From positions 1 to 64,000 of the IMG/VR virus record IMGVR_UViG_3300037400_002350: 64,000 nt of DNA; one strand, written 5' to 3'. The position numbers and the translations under genes are program-made. The first letter of the stretch is position 1; every line of letters starts with the position of its first letter. The notes under the pieces are model-generated. The model did not search any database, was not told the origin of the DNA, and saw only the letters and a program-made list of their open reading frames with translations. The DNA comes from a virus. Lineage: Duplodnaviria; Caudoviricetes. Of the stretch, positions 40,101 to 54,600 are shown in pieces.

Positions 40101-43100
40101 ACTTATACAAACCGTAACTTCCGATTTTGGTGAAAAAGTCATACCAATGTTTTAAATTCTGCAAAACATCCTTGCTAAACACTCCACGCCAACTAATAGT
40201 CGGTCTGTTTTCTACAAACCACCAGAATTCGTTTGCTGCTTTTTCAGTGATTTCTTTGTCTGTCAGAGACTGTCCGAATTTTCTACGATACCTTTTGTAT
40301 GCGTTTTTACGAGTCTTTTCGTCTACTAAGAACTCCAAAATCCTATGAAAACATTCGTGCCATTCTGTACCATTTTTGGCTAATCTAGAATATCTAAACA
40401 TGTCTTCTCCGCATTCAGCAACAGCAACTCCGTTTGCCAAAAACTTTAAAACTTCGTCTTGAAATTTCACAGTAACGTCTCCACATAATTGCAGCGTTCT
40501 TTGTCTAACCTGTTCTTCGTCTATCGTACCATCAGCATCTTGCAGGCTGACAATACTATTCAATACCGGTTGTGTGCTTTCTGGAATAGGATCCTCTCCA
40601 GGGCGTTCGTTATTTTGTTCTTTGTCAAACTATTCAAACGCGCTATCAAACTCATCAACATCTTTATCTACAACAGTCTGTTCAATCTCTTCTGGTGTTT
40701 GTTCTTCGTCCAAAAAGTCATCAGATTCTACAAAAGATATAAGAGGCGCATGCAGCCCCTAAAAACTAGTAAGTAAGAATTTGTTTTTAATCAGCCACGC
40801 AACTCCACTAATATCCTCATCGGTCTCGTCTATCTTGATTCCGGTATCTCCAAATGTCAATGGGCCACGATCTTCAACAGAGTCTAATTTCATAAACTCT
40901 TCGTCGATGTTCACCTTTACTCCATTGTTGACCAAATGATCTATAAAATAATCCATTCCGGTTTTACCATCGGCATCTTTATAGTTAAAATCAAATGGCA
41001 CCTCGTTGATTAATTTACCACTATCGACAGCACCTTTTATTTTTCCTCGTAAGAATACAGTAGACCCCTTTGTATACACGTGCAACAAAGTTTTCCCTTT
41101 TTTGCTTACGTTTTCGCCATATGGTATAAAATACTCTATGATCTCTTTTACACTTATGTCAGTGTCTTTATATTTTGCATCTTCTCCGTCCTGGATTATC
41201 TATTTTAACAAAGACGCTACAAACGTAGCTGTTTTTTTATTAAATGTAGCAGATTCCAAGTTTATAGGGATTATATTTTCTTGAGAACGTTCAAAGTCTT
41301 TTGTTTCATCGCGTACGACTTTGTGTAACAGTACAACACCACCAGCCATTGGCGCAGATTTTTTGTTGTTGCCTGTATACTAATACAGCGTTTTACGTCC
41401 TCCATCTGCACCTTGTGGTGTCTATACAACAACTCTTGCTATTCCGTTTTTTGATGCAACGACTCTTGTAATACCTATATCGTATCCAAACGAGTTGTAT
41501 TTCAAATCATGGATATCTAATAACCCAGTAAGGTTTGTTATTTTTTCTTGAGTAAGTGGTTCTGGGTTTTCAGATACTATAAAGTCACCAAACGAACGTT
41601 TTATTCTCTTATTGTTTATTTTAACACGTTCTCCATCCTTTATTTTGTCGTTCAACATTTGCCGCAATTTGTTTGCAGCTTCTGTGAACTTTTCACCTTT
41701 CTTTTTACTTCCAGATTGTCCAAACCACACGTTTATAGGAGTAAATACAAGAGTTTCTCCGTTTACATCATATTCAACAACTACTTCAAATTGTGGTCCT
41801 TCCTTTTTAGAAGACTCCTTGCGTTGAATAAAAAATCTGGCGTCAGACAAGAATGCGTAATCACTTGTAAATTCGTTTAACTTATGAACGATTCCAGATT
41901 TAGAAGTTGCTGTAGAATTTCTGATGGTATCTTTTCTATCTTTCCAAGGTCCATCTTCACTACCGTACGAAAGACCTGTAACTCTGTAAGCGTTAACGTC
42001 TTGTTCGTCTGCGATATCAGCGTCGATCTAAAGCTATACTGAATTTACAGCATTCATTATAGTATCGTGGAAATATTTGTTTTGATTTTCATCAGGAATA
42101 AAATCATACAATTGATTTGCATAATACAGTATAGCTTGGTTGTCTTTATACTATTCTTGTTTTAGCGCCCATTCTGCAACAATCATCGAGTTTACAGTCT
42201 GCTTTATGAGATCTGTTAAACCACTATCTAATTCTTGATCATTTGTCAATGTTGGCCAAACCATCATAAGATCCCCGCTTACTGTTTTTTTATAATAAGG
42301 GAATGCGGCAGCTATTAACTCATCTATCTAACTCTTTAAAAACTCAACTGGATTAAATACGGCAAGACCATGTGCACGTTGCAATGTCTGTATTGCATTA
42401 TCTAACTTTTGTTCAAACTCTTTTTTGTAGTTTATTTCCTCTTCAGCACGCTCTAAACAAATATTAAACTCTGCCTCTACTCTTGCGTAATTTATCCCAC
42501 GTTTATTTCTATTAAATTGGTTTGCAAGATCTATAAATTCTTTTATTTTTTGTTTAGCAGATTCTGAAAGATCGCCGTTGTCTAAATACACTTTCAACCG
42601 CTCTCTCCATACACGAACCTACTGCTTGACTCTTTCTGTCGCTGAGTTCGCGACAAGACTTCGAACCTTTGTCAAAAAGGAGTCTTGCACCCATGCACGA
42701 AGCGGATTTTTATCATCATCTATTTTTTCTACATCCACATCTTCTAAAATTGGCTATCCGTCGTGCATAAACAAAGTCTTTTTGGCCTATTCTTCGTTTA
42801 TGAAAATGTGAGTATTTGCTTCATCTTTAGAATACTGGATTTCCGAAAACTGTAAATATGCACCAGACGGAGTGATTCCGTTTTGAACTAATAGTGCTTT
42901 ATAGTAAGCCTGTTGTTCTGCATACTACTGTACCTACAACCCAAGATCTGAATCATACCGTTTTATATACAAATCATTTGTAATTTCTGTACCCGTTCCT
43001 ATTAACTTCGGCTCTTCATAATCGAAATAGTGATATGGTGCACCATCTCTTGTGTCGCCATTGTATGTTTTAAAATCTATTATTTGAACATGCCCGTCTT

Positions 43101-46100
43101 TATCTAAAGCCAGACAGTCAGGCTCTCCTGCTATAAGTTCTGTTTTGTCGTTAATAGAAAAATAGCCATACAAAATATGAGGAGTTGTACATAATCTCCA
43201 ACCTATACTTTTATAATAAGCTTTAACGTCTTTTAATCCTGGATGATGTATTACAGAACCATCTACTTCTTCATCCCAACCCTCGATTATTATGTTAAAC
43301 GCGTCCTTACTTATAAAATTGCTTATATGAGCATCTTTTCCGAAATAATAAACAGTTAGGTTTTCGTCGTCATAAGAAATGTTGTCTGTAGAATCATCTA
43401 AATAAGCCCTCTTTATAGTGTCATATAGTTGTCCAGCAATAACCGATGGACCAGCACTATCAGAAAGTATGTGTGCAAGAGCTGTTATAACTTCATCTAA
43501 ATCCTCTGGGAACTTTTCTAGGTATTCTTTGTACTTGTCTAATTTCAGACTATCGATTTTGCCATCTATAAATCGTTGTCTTGCTATTTTGTTGTCATAA
43601 TGGTCGTTTGCCAATTCGTATACAACGTCTTTTGCTGTTTTAAATAAGTTATCAAATACATATCTAGTCCCTTCTACAACAACTGCATCCTATAACCTGC
43701 TATAATTTTTCTAAAACGCTTCATCTTCAGAGTCTTTCTATTTTATCGGCTTTAATACGTCGTGTACTCGTTTTGCTAAACGCCACCTCGTTTTACCACC
43801 TTCGTTTATTTCTATTATGTGATGGTATCCAGTAGTTGCAATACGAATATTTTTATATTCTTCAACAAACTCCTTCAACTGGTCAAATGACATGCTGTCG
43901 CCATATTGTATCAGTTTGGTTCGTGATTTTCGTGCTTTAGGTTTTTTATCCTATTTTACAGCTGGCTCTTCTTTGACTTCATTTTCTACAGGTTGTGGAT
44001 TCGGATTCTATTCTACTGGTTGCGGATTCTGCACCTACGGTTCGACTTTTATCGGCTGCTCTGATACCTCTTGTTTTTCGTTTTGCGCTGCTCCTTCGTT
44101 TTGTACTGCTTTGTCAGCTTCATCTGGTTCGTCCGCGTCATCTTCCAAAACGTCCATCTGATTTTCCTCTTGTTCAACAACACCCTCTTGAAGACGTTTC
44201 TAATATTCAGCTTCTTCTGCATCCCACTCTTTGTACATCTCTACTAATTTGGCAGCATCCTGCTCAAACATATTAGTGATGTTCTGTGCATTACCTTGTT
44301 GTATTTTATCAAGAAGTTTATTTAAACTTTCTATATTTTCCGCACTGTATATCTCAGTTCCACTACCATCTTCGTTTTGAATACTGTAAACAATACTGCC
44401 ACCAGGTCTTACATCTAATATCGTAATGTTTTTGTCGCCAAGAGGTCTCTGCTCGCCAGTTACAGGTTGCTGAAATTCTGCTAAATATTTGTTTCTGAAG
44501 TCTCTTTCTTTGCGCAGTTCACTATTATAAGCATCTGTTACAAACGACTATGTTGGTATTGTGTCACCAATTTTCCAACCTTTTAGGTCTTTGTGTGTAA
44601 CCAGTTGATACATTCCCGCACCATCAGAAACTAATATTTTAGCGTCTTTGTCTTTTTTGGATAATATCGTTTCATCATATTCGATATCAGATTGGTTTAC
44701 TTGAGTTTTGATGTCACCGTCTATCCAAAAGATGTTACGGTCTTCCAATCCTTCAGCACCTTGCACCTATTTTGTTAAAACTCGAATGTCTTTTGTGTTG
44801 ACATTTTCCAGGCCCTTTACTCTTTCTGCGACTTTTTTTGCACGATCTTCCGACAGCATATTTAGTGCGTCGTCTATTGCTTCTAGCCCACTAGTCGCAT
44901 TATGATAAGCAGTAAACCCGTTTAACAACTATTCTATTTGTGCTTGTTTGTCTTGATTTGAATCGACTTTTACTAGAATTTCTTCATTTTGTATAGCCTT
45001 CAAAACGTTTAATATGTTACTACCGTATTTTTGGCTATAAATTGCAGCAACTCCTAATTTTCGATCTTCTTCGCTGCCTAATAGCTGGTTCACGTCTTCT
45101 GCTATCATTCTTTGCACTGTCCCAATCGTCTGTAACTGTTTATAAGAAGGAGTAGCATAACCAGCCTTTCTTGCTGCATTTTGTATATAATGCGCTTTTT
45201 CGCCAACTGCTTTTTTAACTATTGTTTCACCGTATACAGCGCCTCGTAATTCAACAAGGCGTTTAAAGTATTCCATCAAAGCGTCTTCCTTAGAGACGTT
45301 CTTCCACGCTTCTCTGTTTTTTACGGTATCGTACACATTTTCAAAAAAGGTCTTTATTCTTTCTGGTGACGTTCTGTCTTTTCCGAACCCGTATTGTCCT
45401 TGTAGGGCCATAAGAGTGTCGACCATATATTCAGGATCTGCAAAGAGTAACGCTTTTTGTATTTCTGTTGCATTTTTTTCTCCGTACGCATGTCTCAAAT
45501 TGGCCACAGCATTATCGTAGCGCAATTGATTACGAGCTGCAATTCCAACGCCTATTGAACTGAGAAGTGCGGTAGACGCAGCTATACCACCCCAAATGTC
45601 AAGAGACTGGCTTTTTACGTCATTCCACAAATCTCCCCACTGCTCTCCTTTTTGCAAATTGAACAAATGTTGTAACAATATAGCATAATATTCTTCGGAA
45701 ACTTCTCCGAAGAATCCGTGAAACTGTCCAGCCTTTAAAACGTGACTATTGAACACTCTATCGATTCTGGGTATATATTCTGAAAGTTTAGAGGCTGCAA
45801 GAAGGGTATTATTTTCCAAGATTCCGTTCTGTAAATAGTTTTTGGCAGCATTTATATTGTTATTTACAAGGTTTCTTTTATACCCAAATTCAACGTTTCT
45901 TAAAAACTTTCCAAGACCTGGTAAACGTTTTGACAAGGCATGTATTCCTCTTCCGATCCCCCATTCTCCCATCATTTCTGAGAAGTTTTCAATGAAATTT
46001 AATCCTTCAGTTTTCCAAAACGCACCCGCTGAACTCATTCTATCATTAAACTTCTCGGGTTGGATGTTTCCAAACACATCTTGGCTATACTATAAATTTC

Positions 46101-48057
46101 CTGCACGGTATTCGTTGATATCTTGTGCTGTATTTCTAAGACCGGCTGTATTGGTCAACAATGCAGCATATAGTGCATCACCAGTCAAAGTAGTCAAAAA
46201 ATCACGAGTCTTTGCAAGGAACGGACTTTTGCCAAACTTTGCCAAGTTCTTCATTGCTGCATTTTCTAAGACCTTAGAAGTGCTTTTTGCTAGCCCTTTT
46301 GCTGCAGTCTTCGTACCCTTTAAAATTGCGGTATGAGCCCCTCTTGTTGCTACAAAATCTGCCATAAACCGTATAGACTCTGCTGTTATCTGCCCCCAAC
46401 GGTATGCGGTACTATCTCTCAATATTTTACCCCATTGTGAATCTGCAATATTTTCCAAGGCTAGCGCTTGTAGTAATGTGTTTTCACCATCCGTAATTGG
46501 TTTTCCAGATTCCAATTTATCTGCGACATTTAGCACCCTTCTCGAATCTATAATATCAGGAAGCCCTGTCCACAAATTAAGGGTCCTAGAAAGCAATTCT
46601 TCAATACTATTATTATTAAATGCTGTCGCCAATCCTTCCCAAACAGCTCTACCAAATGTCAGAATACCGCCACTACTATTCTCATTATCGCGCAATACAG
46701 CATCTGACAAGGCTTTGTATCGCAACGCTTTGTCTATATAGCGAATAGCGGAATCATATTTACCAACAGCCTCTTCGTGTTGTGTACGAGAAGCTTCTCC
46801 ATAATTTGTGTATTTTAGATATTGAGAAAAAGATTTATCGGGTTTGTAGTTAGTTTTTTCCAGATCTTTCAGTATTTCAAGTTCTGCTTTTTTCTACATA
46901 AGGTACTCTTTACTCAACTCTACAGGAGTCATTGCCAAACCTTGTGCAATATTAGACAATTGATCAAATTGCGACTTTTTAACAACCATGTTGGCGTTGA
47001 ATTGATCTACGAATTCTTCATCGTCCAATAACAATTTCCCATTTTTAGTAAATGCGGCGATTGCGGCCGGTTGTAAATCTTTTGGCAAATCTGTAATCTT
47101 TTTTGGGAGCATCTACTTCGTTTCCAAGTAGTCCTACAGTTCCATAAAGCGTTTACCTAATTCCAGCTATTTGTTATTCTATATAGAATAATCCAAAAGT
47201 TTGTTATGATAATCCTATGTACCCAACCTTTTCGTTGCAATCGCAACATTAAAAGCCGTGTTCGTTTTGAACTTTTGATCCAAATACGCATCGGATTGCT
47301 TTATCGTATTGGCAAGTTGTCCACTAAAAATGTTATTGGTGTTAGTAAGATCTCGCAATGTCTATAAATAGCGGTCGCGCTTTTTTAAAACTTGCTAAAG
47401 GTTATCATTAGCTTTTTCAACAGCAGTTTCATATGCCGGTAAATTTGCAGCTGACATCGATGCCATTGGCCCAGTTCCGTATGATTTAGTTCTTTGAAAA
47501 TCATACTCGGCAATTGCGGCATCTCTTTGCTATTCTGCTTTACGTATTTCGTCAGAAAACAATAATTCTGCTTGAACTCTTGCACGATTATCAAAAAACT
47601 CATTCTGTTCTTCTTCAGAATAAAACGTAGTAGGCCAAACTTTTACTGGTTGACTGCCGGCTTCTGGAATTTCGAGAGGTTGCCACTATTTTTCTGTATT
47701 GGGTGCCTGTTTTGCCAAGTTCCACTTGTCTTCAATATCAGATTTTGGTAACTGTGGATTCTCTTTTTTTGGTTTTTGTGATTGTGGTTTATATTCATAA
47801 GAACTAGTGGTTTGGCCACTTTCCTAAGCAGCTGCTCTCTATCTACCTGTTTCCTTTTTTTCTTCTGCGTCTTTTTCGGCATCTCCCTTTGCTTTAGCGG
47901 CAGCTTGCTGTTGTTTTTCATATTCTGCAACCGCTTCTTCATACTCCCGCTATTTCTATTTTACGTAAGCTGTACGATAAGCTTCTTCTCTATCTGTAGC
48001 AACTTCGCTATAAAGATTATACGGGTTTTTTCTAAGTGGTCTTATAGGCTTTCTCAT
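31117..48057 (-). CDS. Giant virion RNA polymerase polyprotein, ~5,646 aa (TAG=Gln)
   Basis: 24 track fragments in one frame; the large gaps read by hand contain TAG but no TAA/TGA; GYRIPTQ and GSDFDIDK catalytic motifs (~34.9-35.05 kb), HECFH, and PD...IIDFKT. Confidence 0.88.
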
Positions 48058-48059
48058 AA

Positions 48060-49757
48060 TTATTCTATAACGTTTGTTACTGTCACACCTTTACTGTTGC
48101 CCATTATCTTACCAGAAACGGTTTTATCTTGGGCGTTCATGTATGTGGACCATTTAGCAGATGGTACTTTTTGTCCACTGGTGGGCTCTATTTTATATTC
48201 TCCGCATTTTAATATAAACTTTACAGTGGTATTTTTTGTGTCATCCGAACTTAGCCAACCGTGTTTTACAATTTTTGTTACTGGGATTTCATATTCTGTA
48301 TAAACACCCTATACGCCGCCACCTTCCCAAATAGCAGCTGATCTATTTGTCGATTTCGGATCGCCAGAAAGTTTGTATGTTACGCCGTTGTACTAAATGC
48401 CCTTCTCGCTGTCCGTATTTGTTATAATCCTTCTCAATACTTCGTTTGGAAGATCTTCGCGAACAACTAAGTTTTGATGCCCAGACGACATATCTACAGA
48501 ATTTTTTGAATATATTTTGGACTTCAATTTACTCCAATCCACAACATCGTCCTCTCCTTTTGTATCGCTGAGTACTGCATTTGGTAATGCACTAACGTCT
48601 TCTGCTGCTAAAATATCGAATACGTGTTTGGTTCCAGTTAGATTGCGGTTTGCATTCCGTATAGCGATATTTTGAGCATCCTTCTCTGTTACTAGAAGAT
48701 TGGTGCCATCTGCTTTAGTGACATAATATACAGCGTTGCCAGACTCTTGGTCTATACCACGATTAATGCCAGATAACTTTTCAATTATTCCGCCACTTGC
48801 TTGATCTATTGCCACATAATGGCTGTATTGTGCATTTATTTTCTTACCGTTTCCGTTACCATCTGAACCCTGTTCTAAAGTGTGATAATAATGCTGTAAC
48901 GCCTGTCTTTTTCTATCCTTTAGTATCTCATTAGCTGTAGAATGGTCGTCCTTAGCGTATGGATCAGCTTCTCTTTCGACGTGTTGTATCCTACGATTCT
49001 TAGCCATTATTTCGTTCTAAAAAGCATTAAATGCCTATTCTGGAGTAGTACCTGGCGGTAATGTATTAGCAAACTGTTGAAAATGGAATTGACCCAGTGG
49101 ACTACCCATATAATCAGCCATATTTTGATCCAGTATAGGTCTCATAGCATCGTCATTTATACCGATAAGGTTATATCTACCATCAGGCGTCGAACCAAGA
49201 TAACTATCTTTCATGCCTTCAAACCAAGGAGCTGTATACTCTGTCATGTCTTCATATGGCGTAGCACTTCTCGTTTTCCAAGGATTAATATTCCCGTTAC
49301 TATCTACAAGCTGATATCCGCCTGGATACATCTAGTTAAGAATGAAATCTTGGAAAGCTGGGTTATATTTGCCCTACTCTTGAAGTTTTCCAACACTGTC
49401 CAGGTACTTATTATAGTCTTCACTAGCAGCTTGTACTTGTTTTAGTTTGCCAAGTGGTACACTGTTCATCATATTGCGAATGGCAGCTCTACCTTCTGGT
49501 GACTTAAACAGATCTATTCCTTGTGATGAAGCCTGTGCGATAAGATCCTGTGCTGGTTTTATTGTATTGTTGTACCAATACTCATTGGCTCCTGGTAGAC
49601 TACTATAGAAATCCTGATACTGCTTCATGAAATCCTTGTACTCATCCAAGCCTTCTTTATATTGTTCTCTGACCCCTTCAATATACATCTTCATGAGGTC
49701 AGTGCTATAGATGTCCATTGTAGGCATCTATACTGGTTCTTCATATCCTAGTATCAT
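48060..49757 (-). CDS. Putative ejection/cargo protein, ~565 aa (TAG=Gln)
   Basis: Three fragments in one frame; ATG 49757, TAA 48060; synteny. Confidence 0.75.
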
Positions 49758-49769
49758 ATTTAAATTTAA

Positions 49770-51659
49770 TTACTTTCCTAAATTCATCCAGTAGTAAACA
49801 TTAGCGAGATCGTTATCTGCTTTTGGGTTGAATACTAAAGTCTACGGAATAGCGCGTATCGGTGTAGTATAATTGTTCTTTATAGGCTGAATAACTTGCT
49901 GTTTCTTATCATCTTTTATCCCAGCCAATATCTTTGCGATTTCTGCTCTAGTTTGCTGGTCATATAGACCAATAGTTCTATCAGTCCAGTAGTTATTTAA
50001 CCAGTTTCCAAAAGCCGTATTGATGCCTTTAAGTTTAGTTTGCCATCCTGTTTCTATACCTTTAAGCTGTCTTGCAACAGCGTTTGCAATACCCTTATTG
50101 TACTCTGTCTGACCAGCCATTCTACGCTGTGCATCAGCTTCTCCAGTTTCTAATGCTGTCTTAGCTGCATTAGCTGTGTATTGATTATTTATCTATTGGG
50201 CTTGTGAATTAATATCTGCAAGATGATAGGCAAGATCTGAAGTATACTGATTACGTAGGGCCTGTCGCATTCCTGGAGATATGCTAGCGTTATTTAGATT
50301 GTATATCTATTGTTTATTTAATCTGTACAAATTTCTATACAGATTGTACGGAGAATAATGAAGTGCATCTAATTTAGCCTATGCTGCGACAGCGTTGTTA
50401 TTTATAGTAGCTGGGTTGTTTGCAGCAGGTGGTTGAGTTTTATAATAATTCTCCTGTTTCTACCCAGTAGCCCATTCCATGATACCTGGTATCATACTGA
50501 GTAGTCCCATATATCTGCCTCGATCAAATCTTCCTATTTTCATATTCGCGTTTTTTCCTTTTAAATCTATGTCTTGTTCCCACAACAACTATGTAAGTAA
50601 GTTGTTTTTATCAGGTTTTGGCAATGTAGGATCGTGTACTATTTTACTAGCATCTGTCATGTACATCCTTCCTGTACGTTTATTTTTTATTCTACCAAAA
50701 ACTCCATCATTTTCTCCAACAGATGTCAATATGTTATCTGCGTGCATTGGCGTTGCTGGCGTTACTGGAAAATATTCAAAATTGGTGACATTACCTTCAC
50801 CGTCAGTATTGACTTTTGTTTCCCCTCCGCTAAGATATGCAGGACTGAGTCCTTCGTCAGCATGAGTAGCGTAGAAGTCCCCCATAAGGCCCTTAGAGCT
50901 TGCTACAGCCTCATTCTGGGTGTTAGCTGCATTACTGGCAATACGCCAATTTTGAAGTCGTCTACGCTGTTCTTTTACCTCATCGTTGTTCCACCCAAGC
51001 AACGAACCAAGACCTCCTACGAGAGCTCCTATACCAGCACCTATAAGGTTTCCTGCTCCAGGGAAGAATGAGCCGATTGTAGCTCCAACTCCCGCTCCTG
51101 TGCCTATGGCATTAGTAGTAAGATTCATATTCTCACCGAACTCTCGTGCTCTAGCAGCTTTCATTATGTTGTTACTATCTACATTACCAACATTTTCATA
51201 TGCCACTCCATTTCGGTATTCGGTGTTCCTAGATGCAAGCATGTCGAGATCATTGCCACCAAGACCGTCAAAAGAACCTTTTGTGTTTATCGCGTCATAC
51301 AACTGCATTGCGCTAGGTATTGTAGCAACTGCATTAAGCCCAGCTGCAGTACCTTTTGCTGCAAGACTTTCAGCATTTCCAAATGCACCATCTTTGAGCT
51401 GTTTGCCAATATCTACTATTCCTTTAGCTTGTGTTGCAAGTTGTGCACCAGAATTAACTATTTGTGCAGTGTTGGCCTATCTCTATCCAGATACCATCTA
51501 TGATAGGTTTTGCCCAGGCTAGCTAACAAAAGGTGAAGGTATACTATTGCTAGCGCTTTGATAACCTCTATTTATAGGTGTAGTACCCAGATCATGTCTT
51601 GGTAAGTTGTTTATTAATTTATTACGTCTAACCATAGACGCTTTATCAAATCCTTTCAT
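49770..51659 (-). CDS. Putative cargo/ejection protein with Gly-rich TM segments, ~629 aa (TAG=Gln)
   Basis: GTGAGVGATIGSFFPGAGNLIGAGIGALVGGLG segment; gap 50120-50589 contains only TAG; follows the muzzle gene. Confidence 0.75.
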
Positions 51660-54600
51660 TAGCTGTAAGATTGTCTAAATTTAGTTATTATATGTGAGAT
51701 TGCAAAGTCCTATTTAGGAGTAGCATCTGTGATCTTTACTGTCATCCATTTACCACGCATACGAAGTTGTGGTGTAACTTTGTAGTTTGGATCTTCTCCA
51801 GACTCTCTTGGAATGGTATAACATATGTTATGCTCTCTATCTGTTACTCTTCCTAGTGGTAATTGTTGGTTGTCTAGTAACCAACCTAATGAAACGTTGC
51901 TTGTTCCAGCATTTGCGTCTGTTTTGAATTCAAGCTGTTGTGTGTATGGAGTACTCCAATTTTTAGCTGCTACAACAATCTTTTGGTTGTCAAACACCTT
52001 CGTTTGTGACGGACTATTGTTTACTGCAAATTGTAAAACTGTAGGCGATAATAACTCACCACCATTAGTAGTCAAGTAATTAAACTATCTATATTTTATA
52101 GTTTTGTTTAACCCATACAAAACGTTGTTAAAATACAACATCTTATCGTACGGTCTACTGTATATTGCAGTAGCTATATTGTACTTTGTGTTAAATATTA
52201 ACTGGTTGTCACCAAAACATTTACATAATAATTCGGAGTTCTACAAGTCATAATCAATTTCAGGTACATCTGTCGTTATGTTCTTGTTTATCAGGTTTTG
52301 TACATTCAACATCTCACCGTAATTAGTAACTCCGTTTTGTGTATTAGCTACAACAGCTTTGTTTAAGATGTCTATCCAGAATAATCCGTTTTCTGTATTA
52401 ATAGCAGAATAATCTTCTAGACGCATACCATACTTAGTGCTAAGATAGTCTGTACGCTATAGCACACCACCTTGACCGAGTTGGATAGTATTGCTGTTAT
52501 TGTCTGTAATAAGGGATCTTTCATTTACACTTAATTTACCAAACGCTCTATTTTGCCAGAAGAATATGGTATCGTTTGCAGAAAGTAGATTTGTTACTTC
52601 CCCATATCTAGTATCTGCATCTATATAGTCTACAGGTTTAAAGATGTTCCAACTATCTATCTGTTCTCCGTTGTCTTTATGCTATGAATAACAAATTCTC
52701 TGTGGGAATTGGTTAGTTCTAGATTCCAATGGTTGTGCAGTATATACAGAAACACTAGTGTTATTGTCTGAGTATATCTAATTATACTAATGTAGTGGTC
52801 TGTCTTGAGTTGTCACATTCGTAATAGACCCAGGTTCCAACTGTAGATTCTTATTCTATGTATTACGATAATTCATACCGTAATCAAAATAAGTATTTAC
52901 TGTAGATTCCATAGGTGCTCTACATATGTATTGGTTTGATATGATGTTGTCATTCAATGACTTAAAATCGTATGCTTTAAACATTGTGACAAACTCACAC
53001 ATCGTTGTATACGCATCTCCATCAAATACTATCGCTTTTCCAACACGTGGCTGGTTTTCATTAACGGTTTGTGGCAATGCGTGATAGTTTCCAAACCCAT
53101 AATACGGAGTATACAATTTCTGATCGTCAGTATACTCACTAAAAGAATTATTTATAATGTTGACAACAATAGCAGTTGGGAAATATCTAACCGGAGAATC
53201 CTCCGATTCTAGCGTATATGAAAAACTACTTCCGTTTCCACTAAGCTCAGCTAAAAAACATATAGGGCCTGGCCCTATTGGAGCATGTACTATAGGATTC
53301 TTTGGATGCTATTCGGTATTATTAGTTGGATTGAAATTTGTTTTAAAATCGTAATGAACCGCATCATTATAAACCCTGAGTCCCGCTTTGGCTTCATCAC
53401 TACTTATATCTGCAAACCGAACATCGCTCTTTGCCTCTTCTGCACTTATTGGCAAATCGTATAATCCATTACAAACCCAATTTACATACTCGTATTGGCC
53501 GATAGACGTATTATATGTTTTGTACTACTTTACACCGTTTACAATCCTGGAATCACTAGAGTTTGTATCGATTTGCGAGAATCCAGAATACCACAATGCG
53601 TTTTTGACATCCTTTATACGCTTTATCTAAATTGTAGGAACGTCGGCTTCTAGCTCATAAAGCTGTGTATAATCAAAAACGCCACAGGTTGTTGGCTTGT
53701 CTTTATAGTTTTGTGTTGGTATATGTTCCGGAAATAACTAAATTGGATCAGCATTTGTACTCGTTGTGTCAGAATAAAATACTGCATTCGCCGTATGATA
53801 TACGGGTGACATACTCAACGTACTGTTTGACAACACGTTTAGTATATCTTGACGTCTAAATAATATTTCTGGTGAAAAGACCTATACCAAGTCCTAAGTA
53901 TGCTGTGTTTGTGCAACTCTTATTACAGAATTAGTATCTGAAACATACAGTCGTGTGTTTTCTTCGTTCACCGCGTCCTATATGTCCTATATAACGCCTG
54001 GTAGACCAGGATGCAAATCCTCGTCCTATATTGCATTGAAAACAACAGTTGCAAAATCTGTCGGTGTAGTAGATATTATCGGGGTGTACGAACTGTTGAT
54101 TACAGAATTAATTTGATTTGTAAACCCGACCATGTCAGATTCATTTAACAAACTGAGTGGCTTTACTAGAAAATCAGCTGTTGTGGCACTATACAAAATT
54201 ATGTCTGACAAGACCTAATCCGCATCATTTTCACTAACACTATTGTGCAATTCTGTGTTTGCCGTATTTAAAATATACTAAGGATAAGCTGGTGTATATT
54301 TGTTGTCTCCCAATGGTTCACTAACAGGTCTAGATAATATTGACGTTAACAACATCTTAGAAGTTGCTGGAGTTTTTTCACACCTTACTATCTCATATCC
54401 TATAATGTCAGTATAAGTGTTCGGTATTGTTACTGTAGCGTGGATACCTATAGGTAGCGCAAACAACGTGTTTGTAGAGTTGTCGTAATACCAAGATGGT
54501 ATTATTTTTTCAGTCGGTATCGTCACTTCTTGTTGACATATAACGTCACTATGAGTACCGTCTTTTTTATACAATACCAACCCATAAAGGTATGTTTCAC

